64,000 nucleotides of DNA, from contig CAVSSM010000001.1 in the NCBI GenBank assembly GCA_963730605.1, positions 384,001-448,000 on the forward strand. The letters are read 5' to 3'. Source of the stretch: an uncultured Chlamydiae bacterium (GTDB lineage: Bacteria > Chlamydiota > Chlamydiia > Chlamydiales > SM23-39). Position 1 is the stretch's first letter. Each line of letters starts with the position of its first letter. The notes under the pieces were generated by a model. It worked only from the letters and a program-made list of their open reading frames with translations. It was not told the origin of the DNA and made no database searches. The position numbers were made by a program, and so were the translations under genes. Below are positions 1 through 9,740 of the stretch, piece after piece.

Positions 1-172
1 TGAGGACGGCGCCGTACTTATTGTAGCCGACCCAGATGCGGGCGGCGTCTTCGACCTCGCGCAAATCGGCGAGAGGAAACCATTCGAGCACCCCTGGCTG
101 AAGCAGCCAATCAACGAGGTATTTTTGGTCGGAATCAACAGCTAAACGAATCGTCAACGAACTTTCGCTCAT
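1..172 (-). CDS. GNAT family N-acetyltransferase, partial (runs off the window start)
   Basis: ATG at 172 overlaps the stop of the upstream GNAT (ATGA); translates MSESSLTIRLAVDSDQKYLVDWLLQPGVLEWFPLADLREVEDAARIWVGY, paralogous to 169..666. Confidence 0.75.
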   Translation of the reverse strand, partial: MSESSLTIRLAVDSDQKYLVDWLLQPGVLEWFPLADLREVEDAARIWVGYNKYGAVL

Positions 173-666
173 GAAAAAAAATGCTCCATCAATACGCGGG
201 TTTTTTTGCACCCGTCAATGTGGACGAAATTCTCTTGCCTAGCAAATTCGATAAAGTTGAGTTTCTGCAATAGAGGCATAAGCGGGCTCGGCTCATAGAG
301 TTCCGCATGGACGCTCTCTAAACGGAAACGGGTCTTCGCAAGATGGAGGAGGTTGCGAATCAGGTCGGTGCCAATCCCTTTCCGCCTGTGCTCAGGATCG
401 ACGATGATATAGAAGGAACAGTGATGTGCGACTTTTTTATAAGGCATGAGGAAAAGGGTGCCGATGGCGCAAGGGATATTTTGCAAAGTTCCCGTCAAGC
501 TTGCCTTGAATTTCGAAAAACCGATCCAATTTTTTAGCGCTTCTTCCATTTCACCAGGCCCAAAAGGAAAATCGTCGCAAGCGTCCGCCGCCGAAAAGCA
601 CCTGTTTAGAAAAGCAAGGTCGCCCTGATCAGAGAACCGGATATCGAAATCTGCAAGTAGAGTCAT
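169..666 (-). CDS. GNAT family N-acetyltransferase (chlamydial YhhY-like)
   Basis: Acetyl-CoA motif A VDPEHRRKGIGTDL; adjacent to prfB as in chlamydiae. Confidence 0.85.
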   Translation of the reverse strand: MTLLADFDIRFSDQGDLAFLNRCFSAADACDDFPFGPGEMEEALKNWIGFSKFKASLTGTLQNIPCAIGTLFLMPYKKVAHHCSFYIIVDPEHRRKGIGTDLIRNLLHLAKTRFRLESVHAELYEPSPLMPLLQKLNFIEFARQENFVHIDGCKKTRVLMEHFFS

Positions 667-667
667 C

Positions 668-1760
668 CTATCCGAATTCCTTGAGATAGGCGTTCACGAA
701 TTCGTCGATTTCACCATCCATAACCGATTGGACATTTCCAATCTCCACTTTTGTGCGGGTATCTTTGACAAGAGTGTAGGGCTGAAAGACATAATTGCGG
801 ATTTGGCTACCCCAGGCGATTTCTTTTTTCTCCCCGCCGAGATGAGACATTTTCTCTTGTCTTTCCAAAACTTCTTTTTCATAGAGTTTGGACTTGAGCA
901 TTTTTAAGCAAGTTTCTCGGTTTTGCACCTGGCTCCGCTCGCTTTGGCAGGAGACCACAAGCCCTGTTGGGATATGGGTCATCCGGACAGCAGAATCGGT
1001 CTTATTGACGTGCTGGCCCCCCGCCCCAGAGGCGCGGAAAGTGTCCACTTTGATTTCTTCGGGACGGACCTCGATCTGGATGTCCTCGATGATCGGGGTC
1101 ACGTCGACGGAGGCGAAACTGGTATGGCGCTTCGCGTTCGCATCGAAAGGAGAAATCCGGACGAGCCGGTGCACCCCCTTCTCCGATTTGCAATAGCCGT
1201 AGGCGAACGGGCCGGTGAACCGAAAGGTCATGCTCTTGATCCCAGCTACTTCCCCCTCAAGGCGGTCGATCAGATCTACCTTCCACCCTTTTCGGGAAGC
1301 GTACCTCTGGTACATACGGGAGAGCATCGCGGCCCAATCGCAAGACTCGGTCCCGCCGGCTCCCGCGTTGACCTCCAGATAACAATCCCTGTTGTCCAGT
1401 TCTCCGGAGAGCATTTTTCGGATTTCCAGATCGCCGAGCCGCCTCTCTATGTCAAGCAAATTCTCCATGAGCTCTTTGACAAGGTCGGAATCTCCGAGCG
1501 ATTCCGCTTCCGGCAATAGATCCTTAACATCCTGAAACCGGCTCTTCAACTCGTTATAAGGAACTGTCCAGAGCTTTAAGCGATTGCTGTCTTCAATGAT
1601 TTTTTTAGCGGCGTCGCCATCGTCCCAAAAGTCGGGAGAGGCCATTTTCTCATCTAACCTGCGGACTTCTTCTTCTTTGACCGCCAGGTCAAAGATACCT
1701 CCACATCGCGCTTAAGCGCTCATCGATCGATTTCAGTTTTTCCTGGGTTTCAAATTGCAT
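668..1760 (-). CDS. prfB: Peptide chain release factor 2, with programmed +1 frameshift (join 1760..1692 and 1690..668)
   Basis: GGQ motif (GAGGQHVNKT) and SPF specificity motif; N-terminal exon MQFETQEKLKSIDERLSAMWRYL from ATG 1760, followed by CTT TGA C. Confidence 0.97.
1688..1703 (-). promoter_or_regulatory. prfB +1 frameshift site with internal Shine-Dalgarno sequence
   Basis: Minus strand reads TGGAGGT-AT-CTT-TGA-C, the canonical RF2 autoregulatory signal. Confidence 0.95.
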
Positions 1761-1821
1761 GGGAGGCCTCCTTACCCAACTTTTATCACACTAAGGACCA
1801 AAATTCAAGGCAAATAACTGT

Positions 1822-2583
1822 CTAGGGCGTTTCGCCAAGCTGCCATTTCCGAAGGAGCGCCTGCAGCCTCTTCTTCTTCTTGAGAAGAGCCAGGCTTTTG
1901 TTGAATTGGGCAAGGATGTAGGGCTGCTTGCTCTTTAGGACGATGAGATGAAGCCCTGCATCGCTCAAGGGGGGGCCCGCGATCTTCAATCTCCCTGCAA
2001 AAAGATCGCTGACATAACTGCCTGCAAGAACGCGGTTGAGAAGAGCCCCTTCGATTTCTCCATTGGCCACCGCGTCGAGCAAATTGGCAATCGATGGGTA
2101 GTTGCGGACGATCAGCCCCTCATGTTTCTGAAGAATGAGGACCGCGGGATCCCCTGCGATCACCCCGATGTGTTCGCCGCTCATTTTATCCAGGTCGCTC
2201 TTAGGCCCTCCCTCCGGCACGATGAGCACGGGACCGATGTCTAGAAAGTTATGGGAAAAATCGTAGAGGGCCAAATTGAATTCATAAGGAGGAAGCGATG
2301 AGAGGACGGCTTGATACTGCCCCTGTTTCATCCCCTCGAAAAGAGCGTCCCAATTCGCTGCAATGCGCTCGAACTCCAGTCCGCTCTGTTTTGAGATGTC
2401 GAGGAGGAGCTCTTCGGTAAAACCGTTGACGTAAGAGTTTTGCGCGCCGAAAACAAGAGGATACCAATTAGAATCGACCCCAATTTTTATGGGGCCGCGG
2501 CCTCCACGATCACAGCCACAGCCACAGCCGTGCAAAAATATTGCAGAAATGCAGACCGCTATAAAAACAAAGGGACGCATCAT
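1822..2583 (-). CDS. Amino-acid ABC transporter substrate-binding lipoprotein (SBP family 3, FliY-like)
   Basis: Lipobox LHGC; IKIGVDSNWYP...WDALFEGMKQGQYQAVLS...YDFSHNFL pattern; divergent from hemH. Confidence 0.85.
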   Translation of the reverse strand: MMRPFVFIAVCISAIFLHGCGCGCDRGGRGPIKIGVDSNWYPLVFGAQNSYVNGFTEELLLDISKQSGLEFERIAANWDALFEGMKQGQYQAVLSSLPPYEFNLALYDFSHNFLDIGPVLIVPEGGPKSDLDKMSGEHIGVIAGDPAVLILQKHEGLIVRNYPSIANLLDAVANGEIEGALLNRVLAGSYVSDLFAGRLKIAGPPLSDAGLHLIVLKSKQPYILAQFNKSLALLKKKKRLQALLRKWQLGETP

Positions 2584-2649
2584 TGAGAGGATTCTACAGG
2601 ATTGTTTTTTAGTTTGCAAAGATTAGCTGCGTAAGACAAATTTTTTTCC

Positions 2650-3627
2650 ATGCCAGAAGCCTATCTTCTCGTCAATTTCGGCGGACCCCGGGAAGCTCTG
2701 GAAATCGAGCCGTTTCTCAAAGAAATCCTTTGCGACCGTGACGTAATCCGCACCAAATTTCCAGAGTGGCTGCACAAATGGATGTTCGGGCGGATCGCGA
2801 AAAGGCGCGCCCTCAAGATACGGGAAGACTATGAACGGATCGGGTTTTCGCCGATCTATGAGGACACTGAAACCCTGAGACTCGCCCTTCAACAGAGCTC
2901 CGGTGTCCCTGTTTTCACTTTCCACCGCTACCTGCCTGCAACGCATAAGAGAGCGCTCTTCCAAATCGAAGAATGCAACGCTTGCGAAATCCGCGCTCTG
3001 CCGTTATTTCCCCAATTTTGCTATGGGACTACGGGGAGCGTTGCAAGGTTTTTCTCCAAGAATCTGCCCCCAGCGGTTGTCCGAAAACTCCGTTGGGTCA
3101 AATCTTATGCGGAGCATCCTTCTTTCATCAAGGCGTGGCACGAGCGGATCTCCCGATTTCTGGCGGATCGGAATCTGGATGACAAAGATACCTTCCTATT
3201 TTTTTCCGCGCACGGAGTGCCCCGAACGTTTATCGACGAAGGGGATCCTTACAAAGAGGAGTGCGAGCGTTCCTTTACGAGGGTGATGGAAGGTTTCCCG
3301 AATATCCCGGGACGCCTTGCCTATCAATCGAAATTCGGGCGGGGGGAATGGCTCCGCCCCTACACAGAGGAAGAATGCAAAACCGTCTTAACCTGGGCTG
3401 AAGGGAGGAAACAAATCGTTTTCGTGCCCATTAGTTTTACCTCCGACCATATCGAAACCCTTTTCGAGATCGAAGAACTCTATTTGCCCTTGATCCGCTC
3501 GAGCGGACTCAACGCCCACCGGTGCCCGGCTTTGAATCTCGATCCTGAATGGATCTCGGCGCTTCAAGCAATTGCCAAACAGCCGGACCTCTCTCCCAAC
3601 CAAGCTGTGATCCGTAAAAACTGCTGA
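2650..3627 (+). CDS. hemH: Ferrochelatase
   Basis: LLVNFGGP, PLFPQF, FSAHGVP, GDPY, YQSKFGRGEWLRP and SFTSDHIETLFEIE motifs. Confidence 0.95.
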   Translation: MPEAYLLVNFGGPREALEIEPFLKEILCDRDVIRTKFPEWLHKWMFGRIAKRRALKIREDYERIGFSPIYEDTETLRLALQQSSGVPVFTFHRYLPATHKRALFQIEECNACEIRALPLFPQFCYGTTGSVARFFSKNLPPAVVRKLRWVKSYAEHPSFIKAWHERISRFLADRNLDDKDTFLFFSAHGVPRTFIDEGDPYKEECERSFTRVMEGFPNIPGRLAYQSKFGRGEWLRPYTEEECKTVLTWAEGRKQIVFVPISFTSDHIETLFEIEELYLPLIRSSGLNAHRCPALNLDPEWISALQAIAKQPDLSPNQAVIRKNC

Positions 3628-3775
3628 ACTGGCGTAAGAAATAACCAAAACTTATCCTCTCCTCCAAGGAATTGATCCCAATTTGATCCCGAGGCGGGAA
3701 ACCCGGCCCTTCCCATTCCGAAATGTCCACCCGGACATTTCTCCATGGGCCCCTAGGCCTGGGTTGTTCACACTG

Positions 3776-4033
3776 TTAGCGATATACTTCGCGTCGGTGC
3801 CCTATCTTCACGACCAAAACAATGAGTTTTTTTTCAACGACTGTATAGAGCACTCGATAGTCCTCTTGCCTTATCCTGTATAGATCCTCGTGTCCGGACA
3901 ACTTCTCGTATCCAGGAGGGAATGGATTGGAAGCCAATTTGTCGATGCGCCTAGAAATCTTCTTCTGGTCTACCTGAGAAAGGTCGGCAAGCCGTTTCTC
4001 TGCCGTTCTTGAGAATTCAATTTTGTAGGTCAC
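3776..4033 (-). CDS. RelE/ParE family type II toxin
   Basis: YKIEFSRTAEKRL...KLSGHEDLYRIRQEDYRVLY...KIGHRREVYR; overlaps the antitoxin stop codon. Confidence 0.92.
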   Translation of the reverse strand: MTYKIEFSRTAEKRLADLSQVDQKKISRRIDKLASNPFPPGYEKLSGHEDLYRIRQEDYRVLYTVVEKKLIVLVVKIGHRREVYR

Positions 4034-4296
4034 AGATCAAGCTTGCGCTTGATTGATTCCCAAGAAACGGCTCCGTTTTTCTTTACGTCTGCCAAAGCTT
4101 TGCGGGCATCATCCAGGTCGATTCGATCTTCGATGGCTTCAAGAGCCTCCAAGTCTTCGATCGAAACGATAGCAACCAGCTTCGTACCTTTCCTGGTCAG
4201 GACAATCCGTTTCCCAGCATAAGCAACTTTGTTAGCAATCTCGGATAAGTTGCTTCGCGCATCGGAAAAGGAGTGCTCTTCAGAATGAGTAGTCAT
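4030..4296 (-). CDS. Phd/YefM family antitoxin
   Basis: SFSDARSNLSEIANKVAYAGKRIVLTRKG, the Phd/YefM N-terminus. Confidence 0.92.
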   Translation of the reverse strand: MTTHSEEHSFSDARSNLSEIANKVAYAGKRIVLTRKGTKLVAIVSIEDLEALEAIEDRIDLDDARKALADVKKNGAVSWESIKRKLDL

Positions 4297-4317
4297 ATTT
4301 ACTCCAATATGAGGCTA

Positions 4318-4343
4318 TTGTACCATTTGTACCATTTGTACAT
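4318..4343 (-). promoter_or_regulatory. Probable TA operator/-10 region: TTGTACCAT x2 plus TTGTACAT
   Basis: Tandem 9-mers just upstream of the antitoxin; contain a TGTACA palindrome like YefM operators and a minus-strand TGGTACAAT extended -10. Confidence 0.6.
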
Positions 4344-4458
4344 CAATACATAAATTATTTTAACAAAAGTCGCTACAAATAAGAGACTTGAGGAAATCTA
4401 CCGAAACTTCTTATTCGGATAGCCTTCAACTGAGATGATTTGGTGGGGATTTAGGTTC

Positions 4459-4487
4459 TTGCATTCTTTTCCATCAAATGATAGATT
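4459..4487 (+). promoter_or_regulatory. Putative sigma70/66 promoter of the pyr operon
   Basis: TTGCAT-17 nt-TAGATT with a TG extension, 12 nt before the carA ATG. Confidence 0.55.
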
Positions 4488-4499
4488 CATAAGAGCCTT

Positions 4500-5546
4500 A
4501 TGATCCCATCCAAGCTCATTCTCGAGTCAGGGGAAACCTTTTCTGGACTTGCGCCGGAGTGGCAAAAGGGAATTTTTTTTGGGGAGGTAGTCTTTACAAC
4601 CGGCATGACCGGATACGTCGAATCGCTCACCGACCCCTCTTACGCAGGTCAAATCCTCGCTTTCACCTACCCTCTAATCGGCAATTACGGGGTGCCAGGC
4701 AAGAACTTTTGGGAATCGGGTAGAATTCAGGCAAGCGGCGTCGTCGTCGGGACGGCCAGCGCCTCCTCCGAACACTGGCATGGAAAGCAATCCTTCCTCG
4801 AATGGCTCGCTGCCGAGCAGGTTCCTTTGATCTCGAACATTGACACCAGGGCATTGACGAAGCACTTAAGGAAAAATGGTGTGGTTTTAGGTGCGATCAG
4901 TAATAACAAGGTCCCCCCTTCTTTTCAAAATCCGCATGAGACCGACCTGATCGCGAAAGTGACCTGTAAAGAAAGAAGGGAGATTGTTATAGGAAAAGGG
5001 CTGAAGCGGGTCATCGCTGTCGACTGCGGGATGAAGGAAAATATCGTGCGCTGTCTCTCCCGTTTGCCAATAGAGATCGTCCGCGTCCCTTACAACTACG
5101 ACTATTCCAATGAAGAATTCGACGGCCTTTTCATTTCTAACGGACCCGGCGATCCGGCAGAGGCCCGTGCGACGATCGCCGTATTGAAAAAAGCCCTTGC
5201 CCGGAAAAAGCCGACGTTTGGGATCTGCCTCGGAGCGCAGCTTATGGCGCTTGCGATCGGGGCTAAAACGTACAAATTGAAATTCGGCCATCGGGGGCAG
5301 AACCACCCCTGCCTCGACCTAAAACAAAATAAAGCGATCCTCACGTCGCAAAACCATGGCTACGCGATTGAGAAAAGCAGCTTGCCCGGCGATTGGGAAA
5401 CCACCTTCATCAGCCTCAACGACCGTTCCGTAGAAGGGATCGCCCACAAGGCGCTCCCCTTTTTCGCGGTCCAGTTCCATCCCGAAAGCCATCCCGGCCC
5501 CACCGACGCCGCCTATTTGTTCGATCAATTTTACGAGTTATTATGA
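4500..5546 (+). CDS. carA: Carbamoyl-phosphate synthase small subunit
   Basis: GEVVFTTGMTGY, LTDPSY, SNGPGDP, FGICLG, QFHPE. Confidence 0.97.
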   Translation: MIPSKLILESGETFSGLAPEWQKGIFFGEVVFTTGMTGYVESLTDPSYAGQILAFTYPLIGNYGVPGKNFWESGRIQASGVVVGTASASSEHWHGKQSFLEWLAAEQVPLISNIDTRALTKHLRKNGVVLGAISNNKVPPSFQNPHETDLIAKVTCKERREIVIGKGLKRVIAVDCGMKENIVRCLSRLPIEIVRVPYNYDYSNEEFDGLFISNGPGDPAEARATIAVLKKALARKKPTFGICLGAQLMALAIGAKTYKLKFGHRGQNHPCLDLKQNKAILTSQNHGYAIEKSSLPGDWETTFISLNDRSVEGIAHKALPFFAVQFHPESHPGPTDAAYLFDQFYELL

Positions 5547-8500
5547 ACAAAGTACTCATTCTAGGCTCGGGAGGGCTCCGCATCGGCCAGGCCGGGGAAT
5601 TCGACTATTCCGGCTCCCAGGCGATCAAGGCTTTGAAGGAAGAGGGTCTGAAAACCGTCTTGGTCAATCCGAATATCGCGACCGTCCAGACCGATTTCGA
5701 GATGGCCGACCAGATCTACTTCCAACCTTTGAATGCGGCATCGATCGAAAGGATCATCGCGAAAGAAAAACCGGACGGCATCCTCCTCAGTTTCGGGGGA
5801 CAAACGGCATTGAACCTCGGCCTCGAATTGGACGAGCTCGGCATTTTAAAGCGGTATCAGACCCAAGTCCTCGGGACTCCCATCGAAGCGATACGGCTGA
5901 CGGAAGACCGGGACCTTTTCAAACAAAATCTTTTGGCAATAGGCATCCAGACGCCAAGAAGTTTCGCAGTGAGTAGGGTGCCGGAAGCTCTCGCCGCAGC
6001 GAAAAAGATCGGCTATCCCGTCATGATGCGCTCTGGATTTTCTCTCGGCGGCCTCGGCTCCGGCAAAATCGAAAGCGAAAAACAACTCGAAAGCGCGGCC
6101 GCCTGCGCCCTCCAGGGCGCCCCGCAAATCCTGATCGAGCAATACCTTTTCGGCTGGAAAGAGCTCGAATATGAAGTCGTCCGCGACCGTGACGACCAAG
6201 CCCTTACGATCTGCAACATGGAAAACCTCGATCCGATGGGCATTCATACGGGAGAAAGCATCGTCGTCGCTCCGACGCAAACTTTAAATAACCAGGAATA
6301 CCATTTGCTCCGCGAGATTGCGATCAAGGCCGCGCGCCATTTCAAGATCCAAGGGGAATGCAATGTCCAATTCGCCCTCGATCCGAAATCAGGGGAATAT
6401 CTCGTCATCGAAATGAATGCGCGCCTCTCCCGCTCGAGCGCCCTCGCATCGAAAGCGACCGGTTATCCCCTCGCTTTCGTTGCCGCCAAGCTCGCCCTTG
6501 GCTATCGGCTCGACCAGATCCCCAATGCGATCACGAAAAAGACAACCGCATTTTTCGAGCCTGCCCTCGATTATGTCGTCGTCAAAATCCCAAGGTGGGA
6601 TACGCAGAAGCTAAAGATTGCAGACCGCTCTATCGGAACTGAGATGAAAAGCGTCGGCGAGGTCATGGCGATCGGCCGCACCTTTCCCGAAGCTCTACAA
6701 AAAGGGATCCGGATGCTCAATATCGGCTCGTCAGGCATCGACGACCCTCCGGAAAAAATCGATGACCTACACGAGGAGATCCGCCATCCTACCGACCGGA
6801 GGATTTTTGCCCTCTACCAATTTTTCAAACAGGGAGGCGCGGTCGCCGATGCTAAAGAGATGTCCCAAATCGACCCCTGGTTCTTGCATCATATCCGCGA
6901 CCTTGCCTTATTCGAGCTGACTTTAAGGAGAGGAAAATTAGATCCTCCTCTTCTGAAACAAGCAAAACAGCTCGGGTTTTCCGACCGCTCCATCGGCAGG
7001 CTCAAGAAAAAATCGGAAAATGAGATCCGAGCCTGCCGTTTGAAAAACCAGATCGTCCCATTCGTCAAACAGATCGATACTTTGGCTGGAGAGTTCGACA
7101 CCGAGACGAATTACCTCTACATGACATACCAAGCATCCGTTCACGACGTCGCATGCTCGAAGAAAAAACCCCTTTTCATCCTCGGCTCAGGCCCTTACTG
7201 CATCGGCTCGTCGGTCGAATTTGATTGGTGCGCAGTCAATATGGCCAGGCACCTCAGGCGTATGCGAAAGGAGGTTGTCCTCATTAACTCCAATCCGGAG
7301 ACCGTGTCGACCGATTTCGACGAATCGGACAGGCTCTATTTCGAAGAACTGACCTTGGAAAGGGTGAAGGATATCGCCGATTTCGAAAGCCCGAAAGGGA
7401 TTATCGTCTCGGTGGGCGGGCAGATTGCCAATAACCTGGCCCATCCGCTGCATCTGGCAAAGTATCCGATCCTAGGCACGCCGGCTGCAATGATCGATCG
7501 GGCCGAAAACCGGGACTCCTTCTCATCGCTCCTCCGGAAATTAGGTATCGATCAACCTCAGTGGCAGCGGGCGACCACCCTCAAGAAAGCGGAGGAGTTT
7601 GCCGCTCAAGTCGGCTACCCCGTGTTGATCCGTCCGTCCTACGTCCTTTCAGGCGCCGCGATGAACGTGATCTGGAATAAAAATGAACTCGAACAGTTCC
7701 TCAAAGAAGCGACGATCATCTCTCCCGACCATCCGATCGTCCTTTCCAAGTTCATCGAAGACGCGAAGGAGCTTGAGATCGACGGGGTTGCGCAGAAAGG
7801 AAAGATCGCCATCTCCGCCATCAGCGAACATGTCGAAAATGCCGGCATCCATTCCGGCGACGCGACCATCGTCCTCCCCCCTCAACGCCTCTATCTCGAA
7901 ACGATCCGCCGCGCGAAATCGATCGCCGCCGACATCGTCCGGTCGCTCCAGATTTCCGGCCCTTTCAATATCCAGTTCATCGCTAAAGACCAAAGGCTCC
8001 AAGTGATCGAATGCAACGTAAGAGCCTCCCGTTCATTCCCGTTCGTGTCGAAAGTCACACGGAGCAATTTCATCAAAATCGCGGCTGAGGCGATCCAGGG
8101 CAGACACAAACCCAAACCGTTCGAGACCCTCGAGCTCGATTACGTCGGGGTCAAGACGCCCCAATTCTCCTATAAGCGGCTCAAAGGGGCCGATCCGGTC
8201 GCCAATGTCGAGATGGCGTCCACCGGGGAAGTCGCCCATATCGGCGATTCCTACTACGAAGCCTTTTTTGCCTCGTGGCTATCGACGGAGCAAAAACTCA
8301 AGGGCAAACGGCTTCTCGTGAGCGCGAGCCTCGAATTCAGGCCAAAACTCCTCGACCCCCTGATGGTTTTGGAAAACAAAGGCTGGGACCTCTTTGCTAC
8401 GCAAGGGACCCACGCATTTCTTACGAGCCGGGGCGTCGGTTCAGTCTCCGTCTACAAAGTGGGGGAAAGGTACGAGCCCAATGTAGCCACCTTGCTGAAA

Positions 8501-8704
8501 GACCAGAAAGTGGATCTGATCATCAATCTGCCAAGGGCCCAAGAAAGGAACGACGAAGCCGGATTCAAGATCCGCCGCCTCGCGATCGATTACCATATCC
8601 CGCTGATCACAAATCCCCAGATAGCGAGAGATTTCCTGCAATGCCTGGCCGAAATCGATCACACCCGCCTCCCCGTCTGCTCCTGGGCCGAAATCGGGTC
8701 TTAA
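5543..8704 (+). CDS. carB: Carbamoyl-phosphate synthase large subunit
   Basis: KVLILGSGGLRIGQAGEFDYSG, two ATP-grasp halves, C-terminal MGS domain; ATG 5543 overlaps the carA stop. Confidence 0.97.
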   Translation: MNKVLILGSGGLRIGQAGEFDYSGSQAIKALKEEGLKTVLVNPNIATVQTDFEMADQIYFQPLNAASIERIIAKEKPDGILLSFGGQTALNLGLELDELGILKRYQTQVLGTPIEAIRLTEDRDLFKQNLLAIGIQTPRSFAVSRVPEALAAAKKIGYPVMMRSGFSLGGLGSGKIESEKQLESAAACALQGAPQILIEQYLFGWKELEYEVVRDRDDQALTICNMENLDPMGIHTGESIVVAPTQTLNNQEYHLLREIAIKAARHFKIQGECNVQFALDPKSGEYLVIEMNARLSRSSALASKATGYPLAFVAAKLALGYRLDQIPNAITKKTTAFFEPALDYVVVKIPRWDTQKLKIADRSIGTEMKSVGEVMAIGRTFPEALQKGIRMLNIGSSGIDDPPEKIDDLHEEIRHPTDRRIFALYQFFKQGGAVADAKEMSQIDPWFLHHIRDLALFELTLRRGKLDPPLLKQAKQLGFSDRSIGRLKKKSENEIRACRLKNQIVPFVKQIDTLAGEFDTETNYLYMTYQASVHDVACSKKKPLFILGSGPYCIGSSVEFDWCAVNMARHLRRMRKEVVLINSNPETVSTDFDESDRLYFEELTLERVKDIADFESPKGIIVSVGGQIANNLAHPLHLAKYPILGTPAAMIDRAENRDSFSSLLRKLGIDQPQWQRATTLKKAEEFAAQVGYPVLIRPSYVLSGAAMNVIWNKNELEQFLKEATIISPDHPIVLSKFIEDAKELEIDGVAQKGKIAISAISEHVENAGIHSGDATIVLPPQRLYLETIRRAKSIAADIVRSLQISGPFNIQFIAKDQRLQVIECNVRASRSFPFVSKVTRSNFIKIAAEAIQGRHKPKPFETLELDYVGVKTPQFSYKRLKGADPVANVEMASTGEVAHIGDSYYEAFFASWLSTEQKLKGKRLLVSASLEFRPKLLDPLMVLENKGWDLFATQGTHAFLTSRGVGSVSVYKVGERYEPNVATLLKDQKVDLIINLPRAQERNDEAGFKIRRLAIDYHIPLITNPQIARDFLQCLAEIDHTRLPVCSWAEIGS

Positions 8705-8708
8705 ATTT

Positions 8709-9740
8709 ATGTCGATCAAAAACGCCTTGCTGAAAGCGGCTCTTGCCCTAGCTCCGACTCCCCGACTTCCCCGAGGCCAAAGGCGCATCCTATGCATAGC
8801 GACGACCGCCCTCGGAGACACCCTCTGGGCAACTCCTGCCCTCGAATCGCTCCGCAAATCATTCCCTGACTGTTTTCTTACCGTTCTCACATCTCCCATC
8901 GGCATGCAAATCTTGAAGCACAACCCGCATGTGGACAAACTCTTCCTGGCCGAAGAGCCCTTCCTCCCTAAGTTTTTTCGCTTGCGGCGGGAGCTCTACG
9001 CCGAAAAATTTGATACAGTGCTCGTCTTTCACGCATCGCAGCGCCTCTCCCTGCCTTTGGCCGCTGCCATTGGCGCTTCCCGGATCGTCGGCACTGAGAA
9101 GATGAATAAAGGTCTCGACTCCCTTTTGACCGATCCTCTCCCCAACATCCGGCAGCATGAAATTATCCGCCGCCTCAAAATGGTTGAGCATATCGGGGGC
9201 GCTATCCACACTGAGACTCTCTCCCTCTTTCTGCAACCCTATGAACGGCTCCCGAAGAGAGAGGGGCGATGGGTGGCCCTTCATCCCGGATCGAAAGACG
9301 GGTTCAAAAGGTGGCCAAAGGAAAAGTTCGCCGAGGTCGGCCGCGCCCTGAAGGAAAAGCTAGGAGTAGAAATCTTAATCACAGGCTCGAAAGAGGAAGA
9401 AGTACTGATGCGGCAGACGGCAGCCATGATCCCTGGAGCACAGCTATCTGAGAGCAACCTCCCCTTCCGCTCCTTTGCCGCCCTGCTCGAACAGATGGAC
9501 CTCCTCATCTCTAACGATACCGGTCCTTTTCATGTCGCATGCGCCCTTAACACTCCTGCCATCGGACTCTACGCCGCAACCGATCCGTTCCTTTGCGGCC
9601 CTCACCGAGGAACGGCAGTAGCGATCGCGAAAAAAAGCTCCTGCACCCCATGTCTCAAAAGAAAATGCCGCTCCCCCTTTTGCCTTTTGCAGATCGGGCC
9701 TTGCGAAGTTATTGAAGCTGCGGTAAAAATATTGTCGTGA
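8709..9740 (+). CDS. Glycosyltransferase family 9 (heptosyltransferase-like)
   Basis: ALGDTLWATP, LHPGSKDGFKRWP, ISNDTGPFHVACA, C-terminal CTPC..C motif. Confidence 0.9.
   Translation: MSIKNALLKAALALAPTPRLPRGQRRILCIATTALGDTLWATPALESLRKSFPDCFLTVLTSPIGMQILKHNPHVDKLFLAEEPFLPKFFRLRRELYAEKFDTVLVFHASQRLSLPLAAAIGASRIVGTEKMNKGLDSLLTDPLPNIRQHEIIRRLKMVEHIGGAIHTETLSLFLQPYERLPKREGRWVALHPGSKDGFKRWPKEKFAEVGRALKEKLGVEILITGSKEEEVLMRQTAAMIPGAQLSESNLPFRSFAALLEQMDLLISNDTGPFHVACALNTPAIGLYAATDPFLCGPHRGTAVAIAKKSSCTPCLKRKCRSPFCLLQIGPCEVIEAAVKILS

Noticed and set aside
3690..3760. Hairpins between hemH and relE
   Set aside because: Single copy, with no U-tract or terminal repeats, so not enough to support a feature call
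4318..4343. Short tandem repeat as a CRISPR or VNTR
   Set aside because: Only three 8-9-mers with no spacers; better explained as a TA operator. No CRISPR array or cas gene was seen anywhere in the window
5393..5542. 50-aa N-terminal extension of CarB in the ORF track
   Set aside because: Overlaps carA; homology starts at ATG 5543
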